Source: an uncultured Nitrospiraceae bacterium
GTDB lineage: Bacteria > Nitrospirota > Nitrospiria > Nitrospirales > Nitrospiraceae
Direction of reading: 5' to 3'
NCBI GenBank assembly: GCA_963824855.1
Contig: CAWGQP010000002.1
Span: 17,858-81,857, forward strand
DNA: 64,000 nt
The translations under genes were made by a program, and so were the position numbers. How positions within the stretch are numbered: the first letter of the stretch is position 1; each line of letters starts with the position of its first letter. Under the pieces are notes generated by a model, which saw nothing but the letters and a program-made list of their open reading frames with translations, made no database searches and was not told the DNA's origin. This document shows positions 1 through 10,090 of the stretch, in pieces.

Positions 1-44
1 AATACTTTGAGCTACAACGGAAGAGGATCGATTCGCCGCGAACA

Positions 45-1169
45 TCAGCCAATCATATCTGGGGCACATAGTGGACCGATGGGACCAACACGGCTAACGG
101 GCAAGAGCAGGACCGCGCGTCTCGGGCCGTTGTTAAGTGACGCCTGCGCCGCAATCAGACCCTTCTCGTTAATGGCAAGTGCCCCGATGAGCCGCCAACC
201 CGCGGCACCCGAGAGCCGCGTGTTCAGGTCAATCATCGTGGTGCCGTTGTACAGGAAGGCGGTGATTTCTGCGCCAATTTGGGCGACACCCACCACGTGA
301 GCGGACGCGTTGATCGCGTATGCGACGCTGAACCATTCCGGATGCGCCGGATCGATCGTCCCCAGATCCTGCGTGGGCTCAAAGTGATTCCGCGAGAGAA
401 ACGCATGAGGTGTCGTGCTGCCGATGGTGCCTGTCACGTGACCATTGGCATTGATCGCCCGAGGCTGCATGACACGGTCGAAGTCGGGAAGCTGCGGATG
501 CGGGGAGGCTGGGCGAATCTGATACCAGTGGTCCAGATTCGGGAAGAACTTCATCCCCTGTATCGGCCCTCCGGAAGCTCCTAGCGGCCCTGTGACCTCA
601 CCTGAATCACTGATACCGATCGCCTTGTTCACGTATGCGGTCCCAAAAAATGGGAAGGGGACGGCTTGGCCGTTGGTGTATGACACCGCATCTTCAGTGG
701 AAAGCGCCGGCACGGATTCAAACCCGACGATCTTCCCGCCCTTGTTCACCGCAAGCGCATGGTGGTTCAGCCGGTCATCTCCGCCTAGATCCCGGAGCAT
801 GCCCTGATAAAACGAAAAGGCTCGTACCCTGCCGTCAGAGCGCAGGAAGGAGCCCACGACCATGGCCGAGTCGTTGATGGCCGTCGCTGCCGATGAGGCT
901 TGCTGCGGTACCGCGGCACCAATGTCGATCAGCTGGCAGTGCGGCGTATCGTAGAAAAACGCGCGCCGGGATGGCTCGGTGTTCCTTGACGAGAAACCAG
1001 AAACCTGTCCCACGCTGTTGATTCCCGTGGGCTCGGAACTCTCAAATCCCGGGTGTACGCCAAGGTCGATCACTTGATAGGTCCCGGTTCCGACGATCGC
1101 TGGTTTGGTCGGGGCGCACGAACCAACCACCACTGACAGTGCAACAGCCAGAACAATCATCCAATTCAT
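45..1169 (-). CDS. Secreted lipoprotein with HAF-type extracellular repeats (beta-propeller)
   Basis: Signal peptide with lipobox-like VVGSC; repeated 'A.aIN..g.VVG....g...AF.y..g...DLG' units (SSAATAINDSAMVVG, HALAVNKGGKIVG, VAYAINASAHVVG); AGGAG RBS upstream. Confidence 0.75.
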   Translation of the reverse strand: MNWMIVLAVALSVVVGSCAPTKPAIVGTGTYQVIDLGVHPGFESSEPTGINSVGQVSGFSSRNTEPSRRAFFYDTPHCQLIDIGAAVPQQASSAATAINDSAMVVGSFLRSDGRVRAFSFYQGMLRDLGGDDRLNHHALAVNKGGKIVGFESVPALSTEDAVSYTNGQAVPFPFFGTAYVNKAIGISDSGEVTGPLGASGGPIQGMKFFPNLDHWYQIRPASPHPQLPDFDRVMQPRAINANGHVTGTIGSTTPHAFLSRNHFEPTQDLGTIDPAHPEWFSVAYAINASAHVVGVAQIGAEITAFLYNGTTMIDLNTRLSGAAGWRLIGALAINEKGLIAAQASLNNGPRRAVLLLPVSRVGPIGPLCAPDMIG

Positions 1170-1242
1170 AACAATCTCCTTCGCGTTCTCCCTGCCCCCC
1201 TTTTTTCTCTCCCATGCAGCTTGCGGCGTTTTCCGCGGCCTG

Positions 1243-1271
1243 CTTTAAGGTCACAATTTGTGACCTTAAAG
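1243..1271. repeat. Perfect palindrome CTTTAAGGTCACAA-T-TTGTGACCTTAAAG
   Basis: 14-bp arms, 1-nt spacer; upstream of the HAF-repeat gene. Confidence 0.85.
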
Positions 1272-1324
1272 ATGCTGCCTCTTCTGCCGTCAGTTGGACC
1301 CCCCTTGGTTCAGCGCTTTTGCGC

Positions 1325-1505
1325 GCTTATAAATAATCCTTCCGAGCTCGCTGGTTTGTCTATGCTGAAAGGTGGATGGTCGCCTCCTGCGACTTGCGCT
1401 GGGTGCATTATTCTTCTAGCACTCTCAACCTATGGCGGAGACGGTGTCTTATTTGCGCGATGGCGAGCACCACCCTATGGTCCTTCCAAGCTCGCTCGTT
1501 CCACT
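1325..1505 (+). repeat. Nested hairpin repeat family, partial copies (two leaders)
   Basis: AATAATCCTTCCGAGCTCGCT...GGTGGATGGT...TGCGACTTGCG and a second TCCTTCCAAGCTCGCTCGTT; matches the loci at 6421, 27355 and 35430. Confidence 0.75.
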
Positions 1506-1695
1506 CCATTAGCGTTCCGGTCTTGCTGATCAAACTGCTTCGCATCAAAGCTCCTGTCACGTTTGCTTATACCCTCCGGGAATAGGGTTGCCAGTTGCGG
1601 GTGGCGTCAAGCTGGGCGCCCAACCGCCTGGAGCGGGGTCCCTACACCGGGCGGGGTGCGAAGCCTGTTGGGCGCTGGACGACAGGACCCGCAAT

Positions 1696-3785
1696 TTAAG
1701 TTTGATCTTTACGTGCCGGACCGTCGATCGAGAGGGTGATATGGAACGCCGTCCCCTCCCCTTCCTTGCTTTCCACCGTGATCGTCCCTCCATGGGCATC
1801 CACGACGTCTTTCACAATCTTCGTGCCGAGTCCCGTGCCTCCGACTTTCCGGCTGATCGCCCGGTAGGAGAAGAGACTGTCACGGACTTCCGGTGACATG
1901 CCCTTGCCCGTGTCGATCACCGACAGCACCACGTGCTGACCCGATTCGTCCCGGCGTCCCCGAACCGTGACCGATCCGCCCGCCGGAACTTCTGGAATCG
2001 CATTGTTGACCAGATTATAGATGGCATTGAAGAGCCGGCTTTCATCAGCCCGGATGACCGGGAGCGTGTCGAGTCCCTCCGCCCGGAGGTCCACGTGCCG
2101 TTCATTGGCCAGGAGGCGAAGGGTCTGGTACACGTTCGACACGACGTCGGCCAGGCGGCAGGGCGCAAACTGCGGAGGCCGCGTCAGGCCTTTGACCGAA
2201 TCGGCGATCTCTTTGACCCGGTCGTTGATGCGCCGCGAGTTTTGCCTGATCATCTCGGTCAGTTCATGGGTCCTCTCTCGCGCGGGCTTGGCGGCCGTCG
2301 ATGCAGACTCCGGCAATTCTGCAAAACATTCGCTCAGTTCTTCCTCGAGCAACTGGGCACCGCCAGTGATGGGCATGAGCATATTTTTGAGGTCATGCCC
2401 GATGTCGCCCAACACCCGCGCCACTTCAGCGAGCCGTTGCTCCTCGACGAGACGGGCTTCGGTGTGCCGGAGCTCCTCTTCAGTCCATTTGCGATCGACG
2501 AACAGGCCGACTTTGATTCCGAGATCCGCCACCATCTCGAGGACATCACGATCCGGCTCACGACTCGTGCGGCTGAAGCAGTCGATGACGCCATATAACC
2601 GCTCCCCCTTGCTGACGGGAAACGCAAAGGCGCCATGCAAGCCGGCCCTCGCAGCCATTTGCGTGCGGCGGAACGTGGGATCGGCACAGACGTCCGAAAT
2701 CCACATCGGCTTCCCGGTGTCCCAGACCGACCGACGAGCCCTTCCCCGCGTTGAAAGGTCCGGTCTTTGCTATCTCGGATGAATTCAGCGGCCTCCACGT
2801 CCGGCGCATGCCAGAGGTCAATGAACCGGAGAGCATTGTCCTGCTGTTCCAGCCCCCAGAACATCCCGATCTCCCAGTCGAGCGTCTCCCCCACGACGCG
2901 CAGCACGCCCTGCGTCGCATCTTTAATGGTGGCCGACTCGGCCAGCACCCTCGTCAGGGCATATTCCGCGGACAGGCGCCGTGCTGACCGCGTCGCCTCA
3001 ACCAGGGCCTTTCGTGTTTCGCTGACCATCCGCACGTAGCCGCGGCTGATATAGGTGAGCGCGATCACGTACGCGGCGACTCGCACGAGGTGCCACGTCC
3101 ACCAGGTGCTGTCCCAGGGAGCGGAAAACAGAAACATCGTTTCGGCCAACCCGAACAGAATCGCCAGCGTTGCCAACAGCTGATGCTCCGGCCTGCCGGT
3201 CCGTCCGGCCTCCCTCCAAAATCCCACCGCACCGGCGAGGAACAGGCCGGCGGCGCATCCGTTCATCGCCAGGGCCGCAGGCGCGAACCGGTCCTGCGCA
3301 ATGAATGAAGGCAGTCGGTCTGGGAAGCCGACGGCGAGCACTCCGAAGGCGGCCGTCCCGCCTGCGACGAGGTAGGGCATCACATCTCTGGCGCGCTTCC
3401 CGATCGTGCCTGATGGAAGCCACGCAAACGAGAAGGCCACACCCCCGAGGAGGCTGGCCGCGCTGCGCAACAGCACGAACCCCTGATCGGGAGCGGAGAC
3501 CGCATGAAACCCTTCCAGCACCCCCATCCCGAGGAGGCCACTCGCCACCCCGTGGAGCCGCTCGTCTTCCCATTCCACTTTCCGCACGAGAAGCACCAGC
3601 CCCATGAGGACGGCCGCCAGCCCGCCCAGCGCCTCCAGGGTGGAGTGGAGCGTCAGATTGACCCACGTGTGACTTGGCCAAAGAAGGTGGGAGATCAGGC
3701 CGTACAGCCACGCGGCGGCGACCAGACCGATCAGAACGAGTGGTTGAACCATGGAACAGCCCGCACAAGGATGAGGCGAGGACAT
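1696..3785 (-). CDS. Membrane sensor (MASE3-like) + GAF + histidine kinase, split by a 1-nt frameshift near 2727
   Basis: ORF 2334..4223 gives 'LHSTLEALG' transmembrane sensor and start of GAF (GEGLVGR). ORF 1696..2706 continues with GAF, H-box (IGHDLKNML), N-box (NLVNNA) and G-boxes (DTGKG, GTGLG). Adding one G restores GLVGRVWDTGKPMW. Start codon uncertain (3785 or 3752). Confidence 0.8.
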
Positions 3786-3809
3786 TACGACGGGGTGGAA
3801 CGACGGGTC

Positions 3810-4350
3810 AAGCGGAGGGGATAGCGAAGACGGTGTCTCCCTGCTCCGAGCTTCGGCTCGACCACACTGACGCTTCCATCTGCTCGACACCGAAACTCGT
3901 TCCATGTCCTCGCTTCGCGTCGAACGGAACAGCGGACATCGGTATCGCCAGCCGAGAGGCTGGTCGCATCTGATCAGCAAGTGTGGTGCCCGAGCCTGCA
4001 GCAAGTCGCAGATAAGACACACCGTCTTCGCTATCTTAGGGGGGCGAGGAAGACTGCTCGCCATCGCCGCCTGGGAAAAGGGCGCGTCCCCGGGGAAAAC
4101 GATTGCAAAGCAATCGGTGGGTAGGCGGGTGGAAAAGGACCGACCGGGGTTGGGTGGGTGAGAACGGCCGCGCAGCGACAGGGCCCTGCACCCATCGCAG
4201 GTCGCAATCAGTCGGCCATCCACATCTCAGAAAAAGGAAAGGAGCCAGCAAGGACCGCCGCAGGGTGGGAGGCTGAGAAGGTCGCGTACGTTTGGACGGA
4301 CCAGGCTGCTCCTAGAAGAAAATAAACAAGCAAGCTTGGAAGGATCATTT
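3810..4350 (-). repeat. Compound nested hairpin repeat locus (C-type, A-type with P[Q] insert, A-type with outer stem GATAGCGAAGACGGTGT)
   Basis: Leader at 4325-4349 on minus strand; inverted repeat GATAGCGAAGACGGTGT at ~3820 and ~4019-4035; P and Q modules at ~4068-4164. Confidence 0.8.
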
Positions 4351-4383
4351 ATAAGCGTGCATTGGAGACGAATCGGGGTTGAG

Positions 4384-4514
4384 GAGGTGGTCACAGTTTG
4401 TGACCACCTCAAGCTTCTGCTTCTACGTCAGGTGGAAAGATGCGTGCGCTGCACAGATCACAATTGGTGATCTTGAACGGATAGCCTCTCTTCAAGGTGC
4501 CACATTGGCGCCTT
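4384..4514. repeat. Cluster of three short palindromes (GAGGTGGTCACA-GTT-TGTGACCACCTC; AGATCAC-AATTG-GTGATCT; AAGGTGCCA-CAT-TGGCGCCTT)
   Basis: Read directly at 4384-4410, 4455-4473 and 4494-4514; the first two share the TCAC...GTGA core of the 1243 palindrome. Confidence 0.75.
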
Positions 4515-4528
4515 TGAGAGCTGCCTGA

Positions 4529-4849
4529 TCAGACGGCCTTGGCTTTTACGCGAAGTTTGACACCCGCTTTCTTCTGTAGCGCACTGACGATTCCGAAAAA
4601 GTGTTCTGTGTTTGGATTACCATGTGGCGCCAGCATGCGGTGCAAGCTCTTACTCGGCTTCTTGAGGACATGCGCTAATTCTTCAAATCCGATTGTTGCA
4701 TTGACAAGGTCGCGCAACATCGCCTTCCCTGTCTTTGTGTCACCACCCAGATACGCATTCATGGCTTCAGTAAAGAGTGCTTCTCTAAATCGCGGATCGC
4801 GTTGAACCCTTGCCACGATTGTGTCTTTGAATTCACGTGTGAGGGCCAT
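4529..4849 (-). CDS. Addiction-module antitoxin, HTH transcriptional regulator
   Basis: MALTREFKDTIVARVQRDPRFREALF...KSLHRML..HGNP pattern; overlaps the 3' end of the toxin gene. Confidence 0.8.
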   Translation of the reverse strand: MALTREFKDTIVARVQRDPRFREALFTEAMNAYLGGDTKTGKAMLRDLVNATIGFEELAHVLKKPSKSLHRMLAPHGNPNTEHFFGIVSALQKKAGVKLRVKAKAV

Positions 4850-5186
4850 CTTGCTCCCTTCGAAGAACTTTCCTCCGTCGATAGTCCAACCAGCGCTCCC
4901 GTGCCGATTCAATGGCTTGCTGTTGGCGTTGCTTGGTACTTCCGCCAAGAAGAATTACGAGGCTCTCTACTTCTTTGCCGAAATAGATCCGGTAACCTGG
5001 GCCGAAGTCAATTTTCCGTTCAAAGACACCCCCACCGACCCCTTTGGTATTCCCCCAGTTCCCTGCGGCAATCTGATATAGCGCAGTAGTAATCCGGGCC
5101 GCAGCCTCGGCACTGAGTCCTTCAAACCATGCAGCGAAAGGTGATCGTCCTCGCTGGTCAAGGTACTCAATAATGCGGAGGGCCAT
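4833..5186 (-). CDS. RelE/ParE (HigB-like) addiction-module toxin
   Basis: GNWGNTKGVGGGVFERKIDFGPGYRIYF...LLGGSTK motif; toxin-first gene order. Confidence 0.88.
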   Translation of the reverse strand: MALRIIEYLDQRGRSPFAAWFEGLSAEAAARITTALYQIAAGNWGNTKGVGGGVFERKIDFGPGYRIYFGKEVESLVILLGGSTKQRQQQAIESARERWLDYRRRKVLRREQDGPHT

Positions 5187-5197
5187 TATTATTTATG

Positions 5198-5213
5198 GTA
5201 ACGTTTATGTTAC
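5198..5213. promoter_or_regulatory. Probable TA autoregulatory operator GTAAC-N6-GTTAC
   Basis: Inverted repeat in AT-rich DNA 12 bp upstream of the toxin start. Confidence 0.5.
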
Positions 5214-5350
5214 TACATGGCGGCTTTTCGTCGCAAGATAGATACCCGTTTTCATTGCGCCAAAGCAAACGGCGATGAGCTGAAATGGTTGTATTTATGC
5301 GGTGTTGCGCGTCAGGAAGGCAGAGATTCGTCCCAGATTACATTGCCCCG

Positions 5351-5387
5351 AGAAAAGAAAAGGGACAGGCTGAGCTGTCCCCTTTCT
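5351..5387 (-). terminator. Rho-independent terminator after the NmrA gene
   Basis: GGGACAG-ctcagc-CTGTCCC hairpin followed by TTTTCTTTTCT on minus strand. Confidence 0.65.
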
Positions 5388-5412
5388 AACTCCAGGCTGG
5401 CCTTACTGACGA

Positions 5413-6363
5413 TTAAGAGAGTGGAATCCGGCTTTTGTTTTGGGCCAACCACGTATCAAAATTTTGAAGCGACGGATTGAGGGCACGGGCCACGGACGGG
5501 TTGCGCGGACCACAGAAGACCTCCTGGAAATCGCGCTTGAACTGGAACATGTTGCCCATATCCTCGGCACCTGGGAAGCCGAACTTCCGATACTCGTCCG
5601 GCGACACATCGTTGTAGCGTACCTCTTGGCCCAAGGCCTTCGTGAGCGCGGCCGCCATCTGTGCCCCCGTCAGATGCTCGCCGGCGATCGCGACGGTCTT
5701 CCCGATAAATTCTTTGCCCTTCTTGAAAATCGCCAATGCGCTCTTGCCGATATCGTCGACGGCGATGCCGGGGAGCTTCTTGTCGCCCATGGGATAGGTC
5801 AGCGCGAGCTTGCCGTCCGGCCCTTTCTTAGGCCCCGCGCCGAAGTAAATCAGGTTCTCCCAGTAGAACGAGGTCAGCAAAAACGTCGTCGGGACTCCGA
5901 GCTCGGTAAAGAGGTGATCCGCCTCGCCTTTGGCGTCAAAGTGCTCCACCTTGTACTTGCCCTTCAGCGTCGGCATCCGGTTATCGCTAAGCGGCACCCA
6001 CCGCCTGGTGTCCTCGAGCGTGGACCAGATGACGTGTTGGACGCCGGCATGCTTTGCCGCTTGGGCCATGTTCTTCGCCTGGGCGAACTCCTTCTCCCCT
6101 GAGAAATGCTCCCAGAAGTTGGTGAGCAAAAACGCGCCATGTGCGCCTGCAAACGCCCGCTTTAACGATTCGACATCATCCAGATCGGCCGCGACCACCT
6201 CGGCGCCGAGCTTCTTCAGCTCCTTGCCCTTGTCAGAATCCACTTTGCGCGTCAGCGCACGCACCGCGAATCCACTGCTTGGATCGTTCAGGATGGCACG
6301 CACCAACCCGCCGCCCTGCGCTCCGGTTGCCCCAACGACGGCAATGATTTTTTTCTCACTCAT
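5413..6363 (-). CDS. NmrA/HSCARG family NAD(P)-binding protein
   Basis: IAVVGATGAQGGGLV Rossmann motif, HVIWS, HFDAK, IAVDDIG. Confidence 0.92.
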   Translation of the reverse strand: MSEKKIIAVVGATGAQGGGLVRAILNDPSSGFAVRALTRKVDSDKGKELKKLGAEVVAADLDDVESLKRAFAGAHGAFLLTNFWEHFSGEKEFAQAKNMAQAAKHAGVQHVIWSTLEDTRRWVPLSDNRMPTLKGKYKVEHFDAKGEADHLFTELGVPTTFLLTSFYWENLIYFGAGPKKGPDGKLALTYPMGDKKLPGIAVDDIGKSALAIFKKGKEFIGKTVAIAGEHLTGAQMAAALTKALGQEVRYNDVSPDEYRKFGFPGAEDMGNMFQFKRDFQEVFCGPRNPSVARALNPSLQNFDTWLAQNKSRIPLS

Positions 6364-6420
6364 GGCTGATCCCTCCCCTATTTCGGATTTGAAACCTCAA
6401 CTCGCAAATTGCAAATTCAA

Positions 6421-6509
6421 TAATGCTCCTTCCAAGCTCGCTCGTCTCTCCTCCTCAAATGAGGTGGGATGGTGGCCTTGCTACGACTTGCGATGGATGC
6501 TTGGCCCTA
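6421..6509 (+). repeat. Truncated A-type hairpin element (left arm only)
   Basis: AATGCTCCTTCCAAGCTCGCTCGT...GGATGGTGG...CGACTTGCGATGG. Confidence 0.75.
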
Positions 6510-6809
6510 TCAATGGTGAGCCAAGGGCGGCAGGCCGATTGGTGCATGGTCATGGGCTTCCGACTGTCCGCTCGTATGCGCGGGAAGCATGACCTTTCTC
6601 TTCACGAAATACCATATCGAGGAGAGAAGGAGGCCGACATTTCCCAGCACAAAGGCCCAAGATCCCACATACAGCGCCAAAATCACGAAGGCGGCATCGA
6701 AGGATCCTAGCGTCTCCACGACCAGGATATTCAGTCCCCCACCCATGACCACCAGGGCAGTGGCTATTTCCATGGTTCGCAGGATGTTCTTTTGTGTTTG
6801 AGTGTTCAT
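6510..6809 (-). CDS. Small two-TM membrane protein, hypothetical
   Basis: Two hydrophobic segments; GGAGG RBS upstream of the ATG. Confidence 0.55.
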   Translation of the reverse strand: MNTQTQKNILRTMEIATALVVMGGGLNILVVETLGSFDAAFVILALYVGSWAFVLGNVGLLLSSIWYFVKRKVMLPAHTSGQSEAHDHAPIGLPPLAHH

Positions 6810-7070
6810 GGGAGCCTCCTTCTACCGGCACATCAGTCTTAAAACTCGTTGGCGTCCCGCCGATCTCGGTCCTCTGTATATACGATCCTTTCAGCATAAC
6901 GCGTTCCACAGGAACGATGGGCAGGTCAGAGTCAGCGATGTCGTTGAAACTGGAGGGGTTCGGCGATTTTAGTCGTAGAGTTAGCAGAGGAAGGAAATCA
7001 GCCAGTGACGAAGAGAATCTGCCGATCTAACGGCGCGCTGCCGATAGATCGGCGGCGGTGCGATGGCGGG

Positions 7071-7330
7071 CGGTGGATGGTGGGATTGCTGCGACTCGCG
7101 AGGGGTGAAACCGCAGGGCCTTATCGCAGCGGTCGCCTATGGCGATGGTGAGACGCACTGTCCGAAGGTCCGTTCCAATCGTCCTTCCAAGCTTGCTTGT
7201 ACGTCCCTCCTCAGAGGTGGGCTAGGTTGCTTCCAACTGCGCGCCTCGACGAGCACCGCCTATCTAAAAATACGATGGGTCTGGTGTGCGCGTTGGGCGA
7301 GCAAAGGAAGCTGCCTAGCCCACCCATTCC
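7071..7330 (+). repeat. A-type left arm with a complete B-type hairpin element inserted
   Basis: B stem GGTGGGCTAGGTTGCTTCC (7216-7234) pairs with GGAAGCTGCCTAGCCCACC (7306-7324); leader at ~7177. Confidence 0.82.
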
Positions 7331-7555
7331 CTAGTCTCCCCTGCGCAGCTGCTCTAGGTAGGTAGCCGTCTCGTCATCCTTCAATCGCAACTCTCGATAC
7401 GACTGTATGTTCGTAATCTGCATCTCAAGGATATGTAATTGAGATCTCGCCAGCTGCAAGTCAAGGTCGGTGAGACCTTCACTATCTTCGTGCAACAGAT
7501 GAAACAATTGTTGGCTGCGATGGAGAAAGTCGGTAAGAGCCTTCCGTGTACTCAT
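7331..7555 (-). CDS. Small helical hypothetical protein (74 aa)
   Basis: MSTRKALTDFLHRSQQLFHLL... amphipathic helical composition; no family recognised. Confidence 0.5.
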   Translation of the reverse strand: MSTRKALTDFLHRSQQLFHLLHEDSEGLTDLDLQLARSQLHILEMQITNIQSYRELRLKDDETATYLEQLRRGD

Positions 7556-7881
7556 AATGAGGCCTGAAGGTACCCTTGGTCGTCGCCCCACTGCACTCGG
7601 AAAACCCCTAATTGAGTGTTACATCGAGATTAAGAAAGTGAGCTCTTGTGGAAACGGTAGAGGGGACAGGCTATTTTTCTGGGGCACGCCGACATCTGAC
7701 CAGCGACGACAAGCATATGGACAAGGGTCAGGAAGAAGACAGACTGTCAGAACTGACAGGCGAACTTTGAAGTTCAGCTGTGGGATCATCGTTCCTCTAA
7801 TTGAACGTCCGACAACCCGATCAGCCGCAAGAACTCGATGCGGATCATTCCACGGATCTGGAACGAAACAGAGGTGACAAG

Positions 7882-8967
7882 ATGAAAGCGACACAATTGC
7901 TACACAATCTCGGCCAGAGTCTCTGGCTCGACAACATTACCCGTGATCTGCTGACCAGCGGCACCCTGAAATCCTACATCGACGACCTGTCGGTGACCGG
8001 GCTCACCTCGAATCCCACGATCTTCGACCATGCCATTAAAAACAGCGCCGCCTATGACGCGGCGATCAGTGAAAAGGTGCGCAAGGGCAAATCGGGAGAG
8101 ACACTGTTTTACGAGTTGGCGTTGGACGACATCACCCAGGCGGCAGATCTGTTTCGACCGGTCTACGATCAAACAGATGGCGTAGATGGATGGGTATCGT
8201 TGGAAGTCTCGCCATTACTCGCCCACGACACCGCAAGGACACTCGCTGCAGCCAAAGAACTTCACGCACGGGCGGGACGACCTAACTTGTTCATCAAGAT
8301 CCCTGGAACGAAGGAGGGCTTGCCTGCCATCGAGGAGGCGATTTTTGCCGGCATTCCGATCAATGTCACGCTCCTCTTCTCCCGCGAGCAGTATTTGGCG
8401 GCTGCGGACGCATTTCTACGCGGCATCGAGCGCCGCATAGAGGCGGGACTCAACCCCAGCGTCCCCTCTGTGGCATCGCTTTTCATCAGCCGCTGGGATG
8501 CCGCGGTCGCTGAGAAAGTACCAGCCCCCTTGCGCAATCAGCTTGGCATCGCGATCGCGAAGCGTACATACAGGGCATATCGTGAGTTACTCGCCTCGAG
8601 CCGATGGCAGCGCACGTTCAACATGGGCGCGCGCCCGCAACGGCTCCTTTGGGCCAGCACAGGAACCAAAGATCCCAAGGCGTCCGATGTCCTGTACATC
8701 AAGTCCCTGGCTGCGCCGTTTACGGTGAACACCATGCCGGAGGGTACCTTGAAAGCCCTCGCCGACCACGGCCAGATAGACACGATCCTGTCGGTGGATG
8801 GTGGGGACAGCGAAGATATCTTAGCCCGGTTCACAAGCGCGGGAATCGATGTCGACGCCTTGGCCGCCCAGCTTCAAGATGAAGGGGCAAAGTCTTTCGT
8901 GAAGTCATGGGATGAGCTCCTGGCGGTGATCTCGTCCAAGAGTTCAGTCCTCAAGAAGGCCAGCTAA
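7882..8967 (+). CDS. tal: Transaldolase
   Basis: GQSLWLDNI, GLTSNPTIF, NLFIKIPGT (Schiff-base Lys), QRLLWASTGTK; GAGG RBS. Confidence 0.96.
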   Translation: MKATQLLHNLGQSLWLDNITRDLLTSGTLKSYIDDLSVTGLTSNPTIFDHAIKNSAAYDAAISEKVRKGKSGETLFYELALDDITQAADLFRPVYDQTDGVDGWVSLEVSPLLAHDTARTLAAAKELHARAGRPNLFIKIPGTKEGLPAIEEAIFAGIPINVTLLFSREQYLAAADAFLRGIERRIEAGLNPSVPSVASLFISRWDAAVAEKVPAPLRNQLGIAIAKRTYRAYRELLASSRWQRTFNMGARPQRLLWASTGTKDPKASDVLYIKSLAAPFTVNTMPEGTLKALADHGQIDTILSVDGGDSEDILARFTSAGIDVDALAAQLQDEGAKSFVKSWDELLAVISSKSSVLKKAS

Positions 8968-9049
8968 ACAAGCGTCATGAACACTTTCAGGTCTCGAACA
9001 ATCAGGAACGCCATGGTCATCAGTCGCGCGTGACAACAAAGGAGTCATT

Positions 9050-10066
9050 ATGCAAATCGGCATGATCGGTCTTGGAAGGATGGGTGCCAATATGGTGCGG
9101 CGGCTGGTGCGGGGGGGCCAACAATGCGTGGTGTTCGACAGGTCCCCGAACGTCGTTGGGGAGTTGGTCCGAGAGAAGGCCATTGGAGCCACCTCTCTGG
9201 CGGACTTGGTGAAGCAGCTCGAGAAACCTCGGGCAGTCTGGTTGATGGTCCCGGCAGCAGCCGTGGACACGATGATCGCCGACCTTCTGCCCCATCTTGA
9301 GGCAGAAGACATTCTCATCGATGGGGGAAACTCCTATTACGTGGATGATATTCGGCGCGCGAAGGAACTCGCCGCGAAGCGCATTGCCTACGTGGACGTC
9401 GGGACGAGCGGTGGTGTGTGGGGGCTGGAACGTGGGTACTGCATGATGATTGGCGGTCCCCAGCAGGTGGTTCAGCGTCTCGATCCGATTTTCTCAACGC
9501 TGGCGCCCGGCGCAGGTGAGGTGCCGCGCACGCCTGGACGAGAGAATCTGGGCGGCACCGCCGAACAAGGATATCTCCACTGCGGTCCGGCCGGCGCCGG
9601 CCATTTTGTGAAGATGGTCCACAACGGGATTGAGTACGGTCTGATGGCGGCGTATGCCGAGGGATTGGGCATCTTGCGTGATGCCAATATCGGGAAGCAA
9701 CAACATCGGATCGATGCCGAGACCACACCGCTGCGAAACCCGGAACATTATCAATATGATTTCAATTTGAGGGATGTTGCCGAGGTGTGGCGACGCGGAA
9801 GCGTGATCGCATCGTGGTTGCTGGATTTGACGGCAGCCAGCCTGGCGAAAGATCCCGATCTCTCCCGGTTTTCCGGCCGTGTATCGGACTCAGGCGAGGG
9901 CCGATGGACCGTCAAGGCGGCGATTGACGAGGCCGTGCCGATCCCCGTGCTCTCTGCCGCGCTGTATCAGCGCTTCACTTCCCGTGGTGAGGCGGAATAT
10001 CAAGATCGGCTCCTGTCGGCCATGCGCTACGGTTTCGGCGGGCATGTGGAAGTCACCGGTACATGA
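9050..10066 (+). CDS. gnd: 6-phosphogluconate dehydrogenase (decarboxylating, short type)
   Basis: [44 protein letters not shown]. Confidence 0.96.
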   Translation: MQIGMIGLGRMGANMVRRLVRGGQQCVVFDRSPNVVGELVREKAIGATSLADLVKQLEKPRAVWLMVPAAAVDTMIADLLPHLEAEDILIDGGNSYYVDDIRRAKELAAKRIAYVDVGTSGGVWGLERGYCMMIGGPQQVVQRLDPIFSTLAPGAGEVPRTPGRENLGGTAEQGYLHCGPAGAGHFVKMVHNGIEYGLMAAYAEGLGILRDANIGKQQHRIDAETTPLRNPEHYQYDFNLRDVAEVWRRGSVIASWLLDLTAASLAKDPDLSRFSGRVSDSGEGRWTVKAAIDEAVPIPVLSAALYQRFTSRGEAEYQDRLLSAMRYGFGGHVEVTGT

Positions 10067-10090
10067 GATGCGAGGACAAGGAGACTAGCC

